A stretch of DNA of 64,000 nt from Octopus sinensis (lineage: Eukaryota). Shown here one piece after another: positions 10,638 to 24,061 of this stretch. Numbering within the stretch: the stretch's first letter is position 1; every line of letters begins with the position of its first letter. Below the pieces are notes generated by a model. It saw nothing but the letters and a program-made list of their open reading frames with translations. It ran no database searches and was not told where the DNA came from. Location: the NCBI RefSeq assembly GCF_006345805.1, contig NC_042998.1, positions 149,482,001 to 149,546,000 of the forward strand, written 5' to 3'. Made by a program: the position numbers and the translations under genes.

Positions 10638-10771
10638 TATATATATACATATCTATATGTATAATACATATATATATAATATATATATATGTATATATAT
10701 ATAATATATATACATATATACATAATATATATATATATATAATATATATATATATGTATATATATATAATA

Positions 10772-13700
10772 GTCTTAGTCTTTCTATCCCTGTCTTGCCA
10801 TTCTCCCCTCCTTATCTGTCTCTCCCTCCCTCAGACCCTCTATTCCGCACACTCTCTCTCTCTCTCCCTGCCACCATCTACTGAACTTCCACTCGCTTTC
10901 TCTTTCTGCGTCCCCCCCCCCCCGCTTTCTCTCAAATTCAACTCTCTGGCATCTCACCTCCCTCTCTGTCCCGCCCTCTCTCTCCCTCTCTCTGTTCGAC
11001 TATTTCACTCTCACTGTATCTCGGGTGAAGATGCCAAGAAACTGGTCTGCGAGGGAGTTGCAATTGTTCGTCCGCGCCTGGAAAATTGCCGAGGGCGACC
11101 CGCTATACAATATCATTGCAGCGGCGCTTAAGAGCAATGATTTCTCGAGAACCCAGATAGAGCGAAAGAAATTGGAGTTCCTCAGTTCCTACGCTGTAAT
11201 CAGGCAACACATGGACACTTTGGACATCATCCCAGGATGTGACTACACGAGGGAAGACCAAAAGGATGGAGAAGGCATCCAGGACCCAACAAAAGACACA
11301 ACTGAGAAACAACGGCAAATGTCCAGCTCTCAACACAACTGAAGACCAAAGAGGTGCGATGGCGCAAAAAAAGGAGAGCACCCAAAAATAGACGGAAAAC
11401 AAGAGGTAAAAGACAAGAAAACTAAAACAAACACTGTTCAGAAAAAACAGAAGAAACCCAGTAAGATCTACAAGGGCAAAAGCAGAAACATCTGCAAATT
11501 CTACCTGAAGGGAGACTGCTAGCATGGCGTCGATGGTGCAAACTGTCGTTTTGCACATCAGGAGCCCTGCCAAAACCGCATAGACACAAAAAGAAGAAAA
11601 ATATAAAAGAAGGAAAAATGGCGCACTGACCACAGCTGAAAGAAGATATGCGGATTTGTGCGCGGTCCAAAAAAGATACTGCATAGCCCAACAAATGGCC
11701 AGCTTCACCCAGATGTGAGAAGGGCAGCAGCTGAACAGCAATCTTTTTTGTGCATGGCACAAAAGATTGTCCAGTAGCTGACCTGGCTGCAGACACAAAG
11801 CTGGAACTACCACCACATAAGGCCACTACCAACAGATGCAGGATGGCCACCACAGACACCAATACACACACCACAAAAATATTTCTACTACACGTAGGAG
11901 AGCTGCTACGCGGCAACTGTAAAAGCAAATTCTCATTCCTGAGAGACCTTGCGGCATGCAATCAAGCTATATGCATGGCATTCATAGAAACGCATCTTGG
12001 ACCCGATATAGGGGATGCAGAAATACACATACCGCAATATGCTGTCCTACGCTCAGATAGAAAAGAGAGGAGCCATGGTGGAGTTGCAATGTACATCCGA
12101 GATGACCTCATGCCTCAGGTCCTGTTGTCATATTCAAACTCAGTGTGTGACATTCCATTTGTACACATAAGACAACTGAATATCGTCATATGTACTACAT
12201 ATCGCCCACCGGATGCCCCAAATCACACAGGCATGTTTGAAGACTGCCTAACAAAAATAGAAGTTCTCACCAACCTGGAACAACACAGCGTGACAATAAC
12301 TTCCCCAATGTGGAATGGCCTGGGAGGCAGATGCTCCTAGGGATGACACACCGTCAGAAGGCACAGGCGGAGTCCCTGCTCCATCTCACAAATGCCTCTT
12401 TCATGGAGCAAATAGTGCTGCAACGAACAAGGGCAGATAATATACTGGATCTCTGCTTCACAAACAATATGGATATTATCCATAATGTTAAAGTGATGCC
12501 GACAATGATCTCGGATCACAACATAATAGAGCTGTCTATGTATGGACCAAAAGCCCCCGCAGACACACAGACTTTACGAAGCATCCACAATCTCTCCAAC
12601 TTTAACTTTCATAAAGCAAATTGGAAGTTGATCGAGAAAGAGATCCTCAAACAGGATTGGCCTAAATGTCTCTCCACACCGGACATTAACATGAAACGCA
12701 AACGCTTCATATCCATAATACAAGCCATATGTGACAAATATGTCCTAGTGTGCAGGGCCAGCACACACAAAAATAAAAACAGGATCCCTAGAGAAAGGAA
12801 GATTCTTATATGACGACGGACAAGGATTGCGAACCGCCTGAGCAAGCACACCAAAAGTGGTGAGAAGTCTCGGCTCGAGAGAATGCTAATGGAAACTGAG
12901 AAAAGTCTGCATCAGTCTCATGAAAAGGAGAGAGCAGATTTAAGAAGCTTTGGTAATAGAAAATATAAGGTCAAAGCCTAAAGCTTTCTTTAAGTTTGCC
13001 AAAGAGACAGCCACAGTGCACCAGATAATAGGACCTCTCTTCCAAAAAGATGGCACTCTCACAGGAAATCCCACGAGGATAAGTGAAATACTGAACGAAC
13101 AGTTCCAAAGTGTGTTCACTACACCTCTAAGACACAGGCAAGTAAACAACCCAGAACAATTCTTTGCCACTTTACCTGTGGCCAAAGAGGCAAAAATTGA
13201 GTACATCAACATTGAAGATGATGATATCACACTGGCCATAGATGAAATTGACACAAACTCAGCTGCTGGACCAGATGGATTTCCAGCGATCCTTCTCAAA
13301 TCGTGCAAACGAGCTCTTGAAAAACCGCTACAGCTTCTTTATCAGAGCTTTCTTGCAAGTGGTAAGCTCTCAGTCAAATTGAAAGAGGGGGTAATATGTC
13401 CTATCCATAAGGGAGGAAGCAGAGCAGACGCTAAAAATTATAGGCCTATCTCTTTGACCTCACACATCAGCAAAGTCATGAAACGAATAGTCCGCAAGAA
13501 ACTAATCATGTTCCTTGAAGAAAATGACTTGCTGACTGGCACCCAGCATGGATTTCGACCAGGTAGAAGCTGCCTATCACAGATCTTGCAACACTATGAC
13601 TGGGTGTTAAAACAGCTATTAAATGGCTCAAATGAGGATGTGATATATCTCGACTTTGCAAAAGCCTTTGATAAAGTCGACCACTGTATGATTTGTCACA

Positions 13701-14920
13701 AACTGGGTGGTCTCGGCATAGGCGGAAAACTTGGAGAGTAGCTGCACGACTTCCTAAAAGATAGAAGGCAGGCAGTTGTGACCAATGGGGCCACCTACAA
13801 TGAAACACAAATAACAAGCGGTGTTCAACAGGGCACTGTCTTGGGGCCACTGCTGTTCATAGTGGCCCTTTCAGACATGCCCTCAGTTACTAAGATGACC
13901 ACCCTTGCTAGCTATGCAGATGACACAAAAGTCTCCCACACAATACAAATCCCTGGAAATATTGCACATCTGCAACAGGAGTTGGATACAATATACAGGT
14001 GGGCTGGGGACAACAACATGCAGTTTAAAGCAGGTAAGTTCCAGGCCCTGCGCTACCGGCACACAAAGGTAAACGACATGTAGACTGGATACACTGGCCC
14101 GGGAAGAATTGCAATCCCGGAGTCAAAATCAGTGCGTAACCTGGGCATTGACATGAGCAATGATGCATCTTTCCAAGTGCATATTACTAATCTCTCTCTA
14201 TATAAACGGCAGTTTGTCTGTGTGTGTTTCTGTGTGTCTGTTTGGTTGTACCCTCACTCTGACCACGGCTTTCAACCGATTCTGATGAAACTTGACACAC
14301 ACATAGCCCAATGTCATAATTCAAAACTAACGCAGCGAAAATTTTGAAAAGTTCCCCCAGTTCTGAAAAAGATCGATAAATTCGACATGGGGTCGACAAT
14401 CAGAAACACAAACCACAGATGGTCTAGGGGACGCAACCCGCCCTTTTTAACTATCAAAAAAAAATTACCATCATTTTTTTCCCCATTTTTTTGCTATTTT
14501 TTGGCTATAACTCTCTAAAAATGCTTTATAGTTATTTCCCTTACAAACCCGAGCAACGCCGGGCGATACTGCTAGTTCGGTGATAAAATGCAGACGGCTA
14601 GCTGGATGGATTCTCCGAACTTTCAGAACAAGGGAGGAGACACTGATTGTCCTGTAGAAAACTTTCGTCCTCAGCCGCTTGGACTACTGCTCCCAAATAT
14701 GGTCACCACACAATATAAAACTAACAGCTGAACTCGAAGCAATTCAAAGAAGCTACACAATGAAGATCGTCTCAAGGCAACATATCAGCTACTGGAAAAG
14801 ACTGAAAGTATTAAAACTCTTCTCCCTAGAGTGAAGGCGGGAGAGATATGCGGTGATATATATCTGGAAAATCCTGGAGGGTCTTGTCCCAAACTTTGGC
14901 ATTCAAAGTTACCTAAACCG
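10772..14920 (+). mobile_element. Near full-length, decayed APE-type LINE (ORF1, APE, RT), interrupted by a Helitron
   Basis: ORF1 11025-11760 (WSARELQLFVRAW..YNIIAAAL..RTQIERK; CKFYLKGDC*HG..NCRFAH); APE ETHL/GGVAM/YRPP/SDHN; RT NYRPISLTS, QHGFRPGRSC, YLDFAKAFD, QGTVLGP, YADD; stops and frameshifts. Confidence 0.92.
14191..14575 (+). mobile_element. Non-autonomous Helitron
   Basis: 5' TC, 3' hairpin cccg-agcaacgc-cggg then CTAG; sits between A and T with no TSD; removal restores LINE codons ATT ACT AAT TCG GTG ATA AAA TGC. Confidence 0.85.
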
Positions 14921-15655
14921 CAAACATCGATCACGTTGTCTCCATGTGCAGCCTTCTTGCACCTACAGAGTATCTCAACAGGCATGATAGAGCTGCACAA
15001 TATATTCACTGGCTAATTTGCAAAAACTAGTATCTGCCCCCGATAAAAACTGGTGGGAATACAAACCACCTCCAGTGCTTGAAAAATGACCATATTTCAC
15101 TCCTCTGGAACTTCAAACTGACAGAAAGATAGGTGTGAGTAGACCAAACATTGAATTGAAGGACTCCAGACAAAAATCATGCCTCCCCATCGATATGACT
15201 ATCCCAATCGACATAAAAATATCTGTCAATACCTACCAAAAACTGAGGAAGTATAAAGACCATGAATTAGAAATCGGCAAAATGTGGAAACTCAAAACAA
15301 AAACAATACCTGTTGTCATAGGTGCCCTGGGAATGATAGTAGAAGGGGCTGATTGTTACCTAGCTCAGATAGAAGGAAATACAAAATAGTAGAAATTAAA
15401 AAACTAGGGCTCATGGGAACTGCCCATATCCTACATAAAAAATACTGTCTATGTAATCTCAAATTTCAAAACAAACTTATAATTTTCTTATGTTTTCTTA
15501 TACATTCTCTAGAACAATACACTGTACAAAACCTAATATATGGCACCCTAGACATAACACCAATTTGAACTTCTAACTTGTTGTCTCTTGAGGTCTCTGG
15601 GTGAGACTTGGCGTCAACTTGTACGAATACAAAGCAAAAGTTAAACATATAATAG
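14921..15655 (+). mobile_element. 3' fragment of a restriction-like-endonuclease LINE (R4/Dong-like)
   Basis: EYLNRHDRAAQYIHW, RPNIELKD..CLPIDMTIP..K..KYKD..IPVVIGALG; 3' end runs into (TAA)n. Confidence 0.8.
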
Positions 15656-15659
15656 CAAT

Positions 15660-15662
15660 AAT

Positions 15663-15752
<90 letters not shown>

Positions 15753-15780
15753 AATAATAATAACAATAATAATAATAATA

Positions 15781-15860
<80 letters not shown>

Positions 15861-15865
15861 AATAT
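15660..15865. repeat. Compound trinucleotide microsatellite (ATA)n(ACA)n(ATA)n(ATG)n
   Basis: Directly visible. Confidence 0.95.
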
Positions 15866-15867
15866 TA

Positions 15868-16975
15868 AGAATAATGTGGAAGTTACGGTCAGGAGGAATG
15901 ACAGAAGAACTATAAATTCATGGACGAGAACGGTATATTACTGCCCGAACAAAAAGGCTGTAGGAGATGCAGAGGTTCCAAAGATCAACTATTGATAGAC
16001 AAAATGTTAAAGCAAGATTGTAAACGAAGGAGAACAAATCTGGAAATGGCCTCGATTGACTATCGAAAAGCTTATGCTATAATTCCACATTCGTGGATCA
16101 TCGAGTGCTTAAGTCTGTTTGGAACTGTGAAGAATGTAACGCGTTTCCTGAAGAGAAGTATGGTGGGATGGAAAACTGAACTGACATCTTACGGAAAAGG
16201 CTTGGGCACTCTGGGTATCAGAAGAGGGATTTTCCATGGTGATAGCCTCTCTCCATTGCTTTTTGTTCTCTGCATTATACCTCTGGCCTTGGTACTTAGG
16301 AAAATAAACCTGGGGTACCAACTGAAGTAAAACACCCAAACAATCAACCACCTCCTCTGCGTGGATGATTTGAAACTGTATGGCAAAGATGAAACTCAAG
16401 CAAGTTCCTTGGTGAACAAGGTCCACTGTTTTAGTCCTGATATTAGAATGGAATTTGGACTCAAGAAGTGCGGAATAATCTATCTAAAAAGAGGCAAGGT
16501 ACAGTCTCTAGCGGGGATAAAATTACCGAACGGAGGCTGTATTAAACAAATTGAAGCGGTAGGATACAAATACCTTGGTGTACTAGAGCAATGAAAGAGC
16601 AACTGGGGATGGAATATTACCGAAGATTGGGGTTGGTGTTGCGCTCAAAATTGATTGGATGGAGTAAAATCCAAGCAGTTAATACGTGGGCGATAGCAGC
16701 ACTACGGTATGGAGCAGGAGTTATAAAATGGCAAAACAGAGAAGTGAAGAAAATGGATAACAAGACCACAAAAATGTTGGTAGTACACGGAGACTTCTAC
16801 CCTAAGAGTGACACCGATAGGCTGTACATGTCAAGAAGAAAAGGTGGGAGAGTTTCAATCAGTTGCAAGGACTGTATTGAAGCAGCCTAGGGTGGTATAT
16901 AAAAATACCGTGGGGCCACTGTTGAAACACACAAAGAAGGCCGGAGTCCTTAACACTGAAAATTGTTAAACTACA
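15868..16975 (+). mobile_element. RT fragment of an R4/Dong-like LINE
   Basis: [63 protein letters not shown]. Confidence 0.85.
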
Positions 16976-17134
16976 GAAGAATTATATATATATATAATAT
17001 ATATATATATAATATATATATATATAATATATATATATATATGGGGAGGTGAGTGCATCTTTATGAACATATCTATATGTATCTATATATATATACATAT
17101 ACATATATATATATATGCACATACATATATACAG

Positions 17135-17173
<39 letters not shown>

Positions 17174-17785
17174 TATAGATATATATATAAATATGTGTGT
17201 GTGTATATTTTGTGTATTAACATAAATGCCTGAATGTCCATATAGATATACTCACACACACACACACATATATTTTATATATGTGTGCGTGTGTATTAAT
17301 ATAAATATATGAATGTGCAAATAAATACAGTCACACACACAGGCGCACACGCATATTCACATACTCACAGATATATATATATATTATAGATAATTTGTAC
17401 ACATATATATTTCTCTCTCTTTTCTTTCTTTCCCTGTATATATATATCATATATATATATATATATCTATATATATATATTATGTATGCATGTATGTATG
17501 TATGTATGTATGTATGTATGTATGTATGTATGTATGATGTATGTATGTATGTGGTAAACGTTAAATTAATGAAGCTAGATAAATTTTGCCACCAGCAAAA
17601 TCATACTATCATACTCATTATATGAAATTCCTTGCTTCAAACATCATCCTCCTTGTCTTTTTTCCTCCTTTCCTCTTTCACACTCTCTCCCTCTCTTTGT
17701 ACACACAAAGTATTCTCCGCTAATGCATACAAAGATACAGAGAGACTTACACAAACTTGCATGCACACTCATTCAGACACATATA

Positions 17786-18642
17786 CAAGGTCTGATCAAT
17801 AATTATTCGGACTGTTGGCATAGTAACGAAGCTAAAGCAGGCAGAGTAAAGCCGCTTGGCACAGATTGACCTTGCGCATTAAGTTTTAACGTTCTAGCTA
17901 ACTTTCGCTGTTTACAACAATGCTTGCAAGGAACGTGTGTAGCGTGTGATCGTTGTATTGAACATAACAGAGAAAGTTGTAAAGGCGATACTTGATCAGA
18001 GGCCTATGTATAGCTGCAAAATTGCAGAAAGTGTATGGAGACGAGTGTATGAGCTGCACACAAGTGTACGAGTGGTTCAGATTTTTCCTAGATGGCCGAA
18101 AAATGTCGATACTGACAAATGTTCTAGGAGTCCCGGAAGCAACAGAACTGAGAAAATATTGCACATGTGCGTGCAGCTCTGACGGGAAATCGTCGAATCT
18201 CAATCCTTTAGTTATCAGACCATGTGCATATTAGTTACGGTTGAATTCAGCCCATTGTCCTTGAAAATTTGGGTATGATACGCGTGTCTGCCTAGTTTGT
18301 GCCACAACTGCTTTCAGCTGACCAAAAGGACCCTGGGGTTTCTGTTACACGATGAAACATTTTTGAAAACTTTGCATAGGCCTCTGAGCAGGTATCGCCA
18401 AGCTTTTGGCAAAATTTGATGCACATTCTTAGATCAGCTTTTTCTCTCATGTTCATTGTGACGATCATATTCTACACACATTCCTTCCAAGAACTGCTGT
18501 AAACAGCGGAGGTGAGCTGGAACGTTAAAATTTAGTGTACGTACACAGCTGATTTCAGGGTCAATTTGTGCCTAGAAACTTTACTCAGTATGCTTTAGCT
18601 TCGTTACTATGGCAACAGTTCGGATAAAATATACAGACATAC
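17786..18642 (+). mobile_element. Internally deleted mariner element with long TIRs
   Basis: TA-preceded left end; actgttggcatagtaacgaagctaaagca recurs inverted near 18590-18620; HTH remnant YGDECMSCTQVYEWF. Confidence 0.75.
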
Positions 18643-18843
18643 ACAGAAAACGATTAAACTGGAACTGGTATGCATGTATGTGTGTGTGCGCGCGCGTGCG
18701 TATGTGGATGAATGGATGGATTGATTTAAATGCATCTATATGTATGTGTACATGGTTGTGTATTTGGATTAATGGATGTATTTATATGTATGATTCTATT
18801 TGTGTGTATATATATATATATACACACATATCTATCTATCTGC

Positions 18844-18874
<31 letters not shown>

Positions 18875-19033
18875 TCTATATATATATATATTATATATAT
18901 ATATATATATATTATATATACTTTGATACTTTGATAGGTTTCGGCCATTATTGGCCCAGGCCATGTCTAACTTAATAGCACCACCTGGTGAAGTCTTTCA
19001 AGTCAGAATTTGGGCACTATGGCACTATATATA

Positions 19034-19069
<36 letters not shown>

Positions 19070-19599
19070 TGTATGTATGTATGTATGTATTATATATATT
19101 ACACACACTCGCACATTCGAGAAATATAGTGCTGGTGTTACACTAGGGTCTATTTTCTTTTATCTTTAACTCGTTCTGTATGTTTCTTTCTTCGTTCATG
19201 TTACACTCAGATTACTTGAACAACGAGCTTCTTTAAAAAAAAATCATAAATTATATTTAAAAAACAATCTATTTTTGAATAGAAAGTCACATTTTTTTCT
19301 GAAAGGAAATTTTTGCATTGTGTATAAGCTCTTTCCCTATTTAATTTTTCAAATCCGTATATAAGTTGTTCTTCATAGTTGTGTTGACTCGGATTTAAAA
19401 ATCGTATGAGGTACCCTTTTTTGCCTTTTGTAGTTCATCACACACTCACACACAACCCGACACATTTGTGTGTGTGCGTGTGTGTGTGTGTGTGTGTGTT
19501 AAGAGGAACAATGTGAAATTCTGGTCAAATTTATAATACATAACATACAACTTGCAGACACAAGTCCTACCACTTGACTGCTCTGCATACCAAATGGTA

Positions 19600-19985
19600 G
19601 CAACTTTTTGGAGTCATCAGGAGAGAATGTGCGCCGTTTCGAGGCGTTCATCTCATGCGCACTCTCCAACCCACTTCAATGAAATGAGGCCCCGCTTGCT
19701 AGATCAACTGGTTATCAGGTTTCGCTCAATATTCTTCTAGCCATTACTCATCATCTCTTTTTATCCAAATCCAGTGGCATGCCTTCTCCACTGTAGTCTG
19801 GATATCACTCATGGGGGTACTTGTTTAACGATGAGTTAGGCTTTGCGACAACAACAGTCGCCACACACTGTGTCCAACGAATCCTCTACATCCGACTTCG
19901 GTTGGAAAATACTCAGCTTCCCAGCCTGCGTCTTCACATTTCACGAGTAGGTTGTCTTAACGATCAATCTTTCGAGCCCCAGCTC
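19600..19985 (-). mobile_element. 3' fragment of a Hero-like REL LINE
   Basis: Manual translation RKIDR*DNLLVKCEDAGWEAEYFPTEVGCRGFVGHS...EKACHWIWIKR; 3'UTR hairpin GGAGAG-TGCGC/GCGCA..CTCTCC. Confidence 0.65.
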
Positions 19986-21229
19986 ATAAAAATATGTGTG
20001 TACGTGTGTGTGCATGTGTGTGTGTGTGTAAATATAAATACGCATATCTATCTATCTGTCTGTCTCTCTATACATATAGATAGATATTTGCACACACACA
20101 CACACATACATACACACGCGTGCACACACACGCATGTCCTTCCTTCAGTTTCTTCTTCGCTCTTACTCGCATTCACCTCAGTTTTCTTCTTCGGGATGCA
20201 AGAGGAATATCGCCTCCATTCCATACAAATATTATCGAACCGATTCTTGCTCTTTGTATGTGTGTGTATGTGTGTATGTGTGTGTGTATGTGTGTGTGTG
20301 TATGTGTGTGTGTATGTGTGTGTGTGTGTGTGTATGTGTGTGTGAAGTGACGTTAATCAAGTAAAAAAGAACGCATCCAACCAAGCGGTCCTCCATGCAA
20401 CCAGCAACAACAACAAGAAATAAGAACATAAGTGATGCGCCAATCAAATCTTATCTTTCACTGGCTGCCACCCCGCTGCCTACCCCCTTCTCAATCCTTC
20501 CAGTTGTCTTCATACCACAACGATTCTCTCATGTCACGCAGTAGACTAATTATTCCAATATCCATTTTGAAGATTTTTCTCTCTGCAACCTTATGATGCA
20601 CATCTAAGCCGTACATTGCGTGCAGCTGCAAGTTACTTGCTTTCTTCAATGTGCAACTATCTATACAAAACCGAGATGCGTGAAATAACTGGGAATTTTA
20701 TAAAACACTAGGAAGGGCAATAGCAGCAGAAGCAGCAGTTGGAGGGGTTGAAGTGGTAGTAGGAGTGGCAACAACACATACGAGAACAACAACCAGAATT
20801 GCAGTTACAACAATAATAGCAAGAAACAATTACAACAGCTGCAGCAGCAACGGTATCGATATCCGCAGAACGTGCAGTGACAACAACAAATACAATGACA
20901 ACAGGGAAATCACTGCAACAACAACAAAAACGTCTGTAAAAGCAAGGACAGTAAAAACAACAAAACAATTGTAAAAAAAATGAACAAAAACAATAGCAAC
21001 AACAACCACAATAACAACAACAACAACAACGAGCAAATTAAATGCAGCAATATGCCTTTACAAACGTGCCAAATGTATAAAATGTATGTATGTTACAGAA
21101 ATGTCGAACGAATGAAAAAGGAGTGCTCAATACATTTTGTAGAGGAAACTGAACTTGAAACTGAAAGTTTCTTGGCTCTGCGATCTTCAGATGTAACTAA
21201 TATGTACGCATATATTTGCTTCTAATGTG

Positions 21230-21341
<112 letters not shown>

Positions 21342-22107
21342 GAGATTTTAGTAAGCATTGTGTAATGTATGTATGTGTGTATGTATGTATAGACACACAC
21401 ACGCGCACACACAAAAATAAATAATTACATTCCAAATAAATATGTATCTAACCATCGAGACTGTTTGGGTTTCGGAAGCTTTAAAAGTGTTCCTCGACTT
21501 TAGAAAATGAAACGACACAAAGAAAACAAATATGTTGTCACTTGAAAAAATAACTTATTATTATTATTATTACTTACTTTAAGACAATATATCGAGTACT
21601 TTTGTAAAATGCTTCACGAAAGAATACCTTGGTCTACTTTGAGGCTAGGTTCCTACACCAAATTAAAATAATTTCAGTTCAAAATTAGTCAAGCACTTTG
21701 TGTGAGGAATGCAACTTGAATATAACATTGAATGTAACAGACTTCAATATATATCGCTTGATTTGTGTGACATCGTTTACATTAAATTCGAGCATTTATA
21801 TAAATCGAGCAATCTCATAAATTAAAAAAAAATATCGAGCAATGACTACATTTAAACTTATTTTATTTGTTTTTTTTTACAGGTGGGAAACAAAACGGAA
21901 TACAAAATGAAGAGTCTATATTTATTAGGAACCCGTTCATGTTTCACTGTTATCACTGAGATTCTATTGCCAAGTGCGTCCAATCAGGCAACTTTGAAAT
22001 GAGTCGCTGTGTTTTGAAGACATCACTAATAACGACTATAAGAAGGGGACTATTATCTTGTGTTACACGCGTGGAGATGATGCAGTTGCTGTTTATTGTT
22101 AATAGTG

Positions 22108-22685
22108 TAAGAGGGTGGCCTGAAAAGTTCATAGGCTGACTATGAAGGAGTGATGCTAGAGCTGTTGCTATATCATGCTTGCATTAATTCCATCTCTCGT
22201 TGTAAATAACTGCATCACTTTTTTCCAGGTAAACTGACACCTGACTGTTCAAAAAAGACTTCAAAACTAACTTGTAGCCACTTCCTTTCAAAATGGACAA
22301 TATTTGGTATCGTGATGTTATCCAGTACCTGCTGATAAACGGTTTAGCCCTCAACGACATTCATGCCGCCATAGTTGCTATATTAATGCATGTTGCTCCA
22401 GCTTTATCAACAAAGCAAAGTGGATAGCTGAATTTAGCAGGGGAACGGAGGAAAGTCATGAAGATGACTCAAGCTTTGGACGTACTTCTACTGCCACCAC
22501 CGAGGAAAACATTGACCGTGTTCACCACATTCTGAGAAATTACAGACGACTGACTATAAATCAAATAGCCAATGCTATTAGCATATCCTGTGAAAGAGTT
22601 GAGAATATCTTGCACAACGAACTTAGTATGACAAATTTTTTCTGCTTGGTATGACGAAAAGTTTTGCTTCATAGTCAAGCGTACA
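22108..22685 (+). mobile_element. Mariner transposon 5' fragment
   Basis: TIR ...gaaaagttcataggctgac; decayed transposase start (atggacaatatttggtatcgt...) homologous to 29490-29897. Confidence 0.8.
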
Positions 22686-23612
22686 CTCAAATTTCGAATC
22701 CCATCAGTGTATAGGGTACATAAGTCCACAAAATTTTCGGTTGCTAGGTCATGCCCAATTTTGTGATCCATTGGCTTCTAAAAAAATTTTCACAGAAAGG
22801 ACCTCACTCTACTTCGAACTTACTATCGGCATTTAAATATTGCTGCTGTGAGACCTGCATAATTCCTTAACTCTGCATGCATTTTGATTGAGATGCTGTG
22901 TTTCTTCTATAGATATTGCGTAAACATTGGGTGTGTTGTATGTATCTAACTTTTAAAAACCGGCTTGTTAGTACGACAGACTTTTTTTTATCATTTTATC
23001 CATTTTGCTATAGTAGATTGCTTCGATTCTAAGTATATAATGTAATTATGCTGATCAGGTGAAATAGATGATGAGGACTTATTTGCATATAGCGTTCGTT
23101 TTTTGCATGTGTAGCCTCATCTCTGTCAATCTGAGTGGGGAAGTGCCTCTTAGAATTGTTTCCGTAAATTATATACCCCTCAGTTTTTGATAAAGTATGT
23201 CATTAGGAGAAGGTCACTCTGGTATAGAACCAGATATGCAGGGAATGGCATTGAAAATTTTAGGGATCATTGCTACCACATTCCTAAGCCTGTGACCCAT
23301 ATTGACACTGGATTTTACGTTGGTTTGTCTCTGGATCATGTCAATAGAGTAGAGAGGATCTATCTGCAAGCCTTATTAAACCGAAAATTTCAGGTAGCTC
23401 AATCACTGGTGAAATGACTTTCCGATGGCAGCCAAGTGTAGAGCATGGAAGTCACAGGTGCGAACACGGATGAAGCCAAGCAAGGGTGCAATAATCTCAT
23501 GCACGGGTTCTGCTGGTATTTTGCCTGGTGAAGGCTTTTCTCGGTCACGAGTGGACAGTTATTATCATCATCATCATCATATGTTCATGTATATATATTC
23601 ATGTATACATGC

Positions 23613-23648
<36 letters not shown>

Positions 23649-24023
23649 ATGTATGTGTGTTTGTATATCTCTCTCTCTGTAAATAAAAGTATGTATATAT
23701 ACATATATACATACATGGATGCACACACACACACACATTGCTATATTTCGGGACGGTTATTCTTTTCTTGTCAAATAAACACACGCACTATATAATCGTT
23801 CTTCGCTTTTTATTAGTTTTTCTTATTTCATGTCCATTGTTCAAATTTACAGAAAACGTAAGACGGAGACAGGTGTAAGAACAACAAGCAAGTGTATTAG
23901 TTTAACGCTCAGGGAAAATGGAAGATCCTGCTTGACTGAAATTCCTACTCTCTTGAACATGCATCTGAACTATTTCCCGAAAACGAAAACATAAAAACAA
24001 AATAAAGAAACGGACTTTTTTTA

Positions 24024-24061
<38 letters not shown>

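Noticed and set aside
18920-19020. Hammerhead remnant GGCC-aataat-GGCC-GAAAC (minus strand)
   Set aside because: The CUGANGA part is missing.
19610-19665. GAAAC...CTGATGA in the Hero-like 3'UTR as a type II hammerhead
   Set aside because: No helix II pairing and no UH triplet in position; treated as a plain hairpin.
21450-21505. Hammerhead-like AAGTCGA-GGAA...TTCC-GAAAC...GTC (minus strand)
   Set aside because: Core deviates at several positions, helix I is mismatched and there is no repeat-family context; could be chance.
21883-22107. Host exon after a strong acceptor (ttttttttacag)
   Set aside because: The acceptor-adjacent frame stops after about 39 codons, no recognisable protein, and the only donor-like site is the mariner boundary.
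23200-23560. Decayed LINE RT tail on the minus strand
   Set aside because: Only faint motifs (LGFIR-like, LDMIQR-like); too degraded to call.
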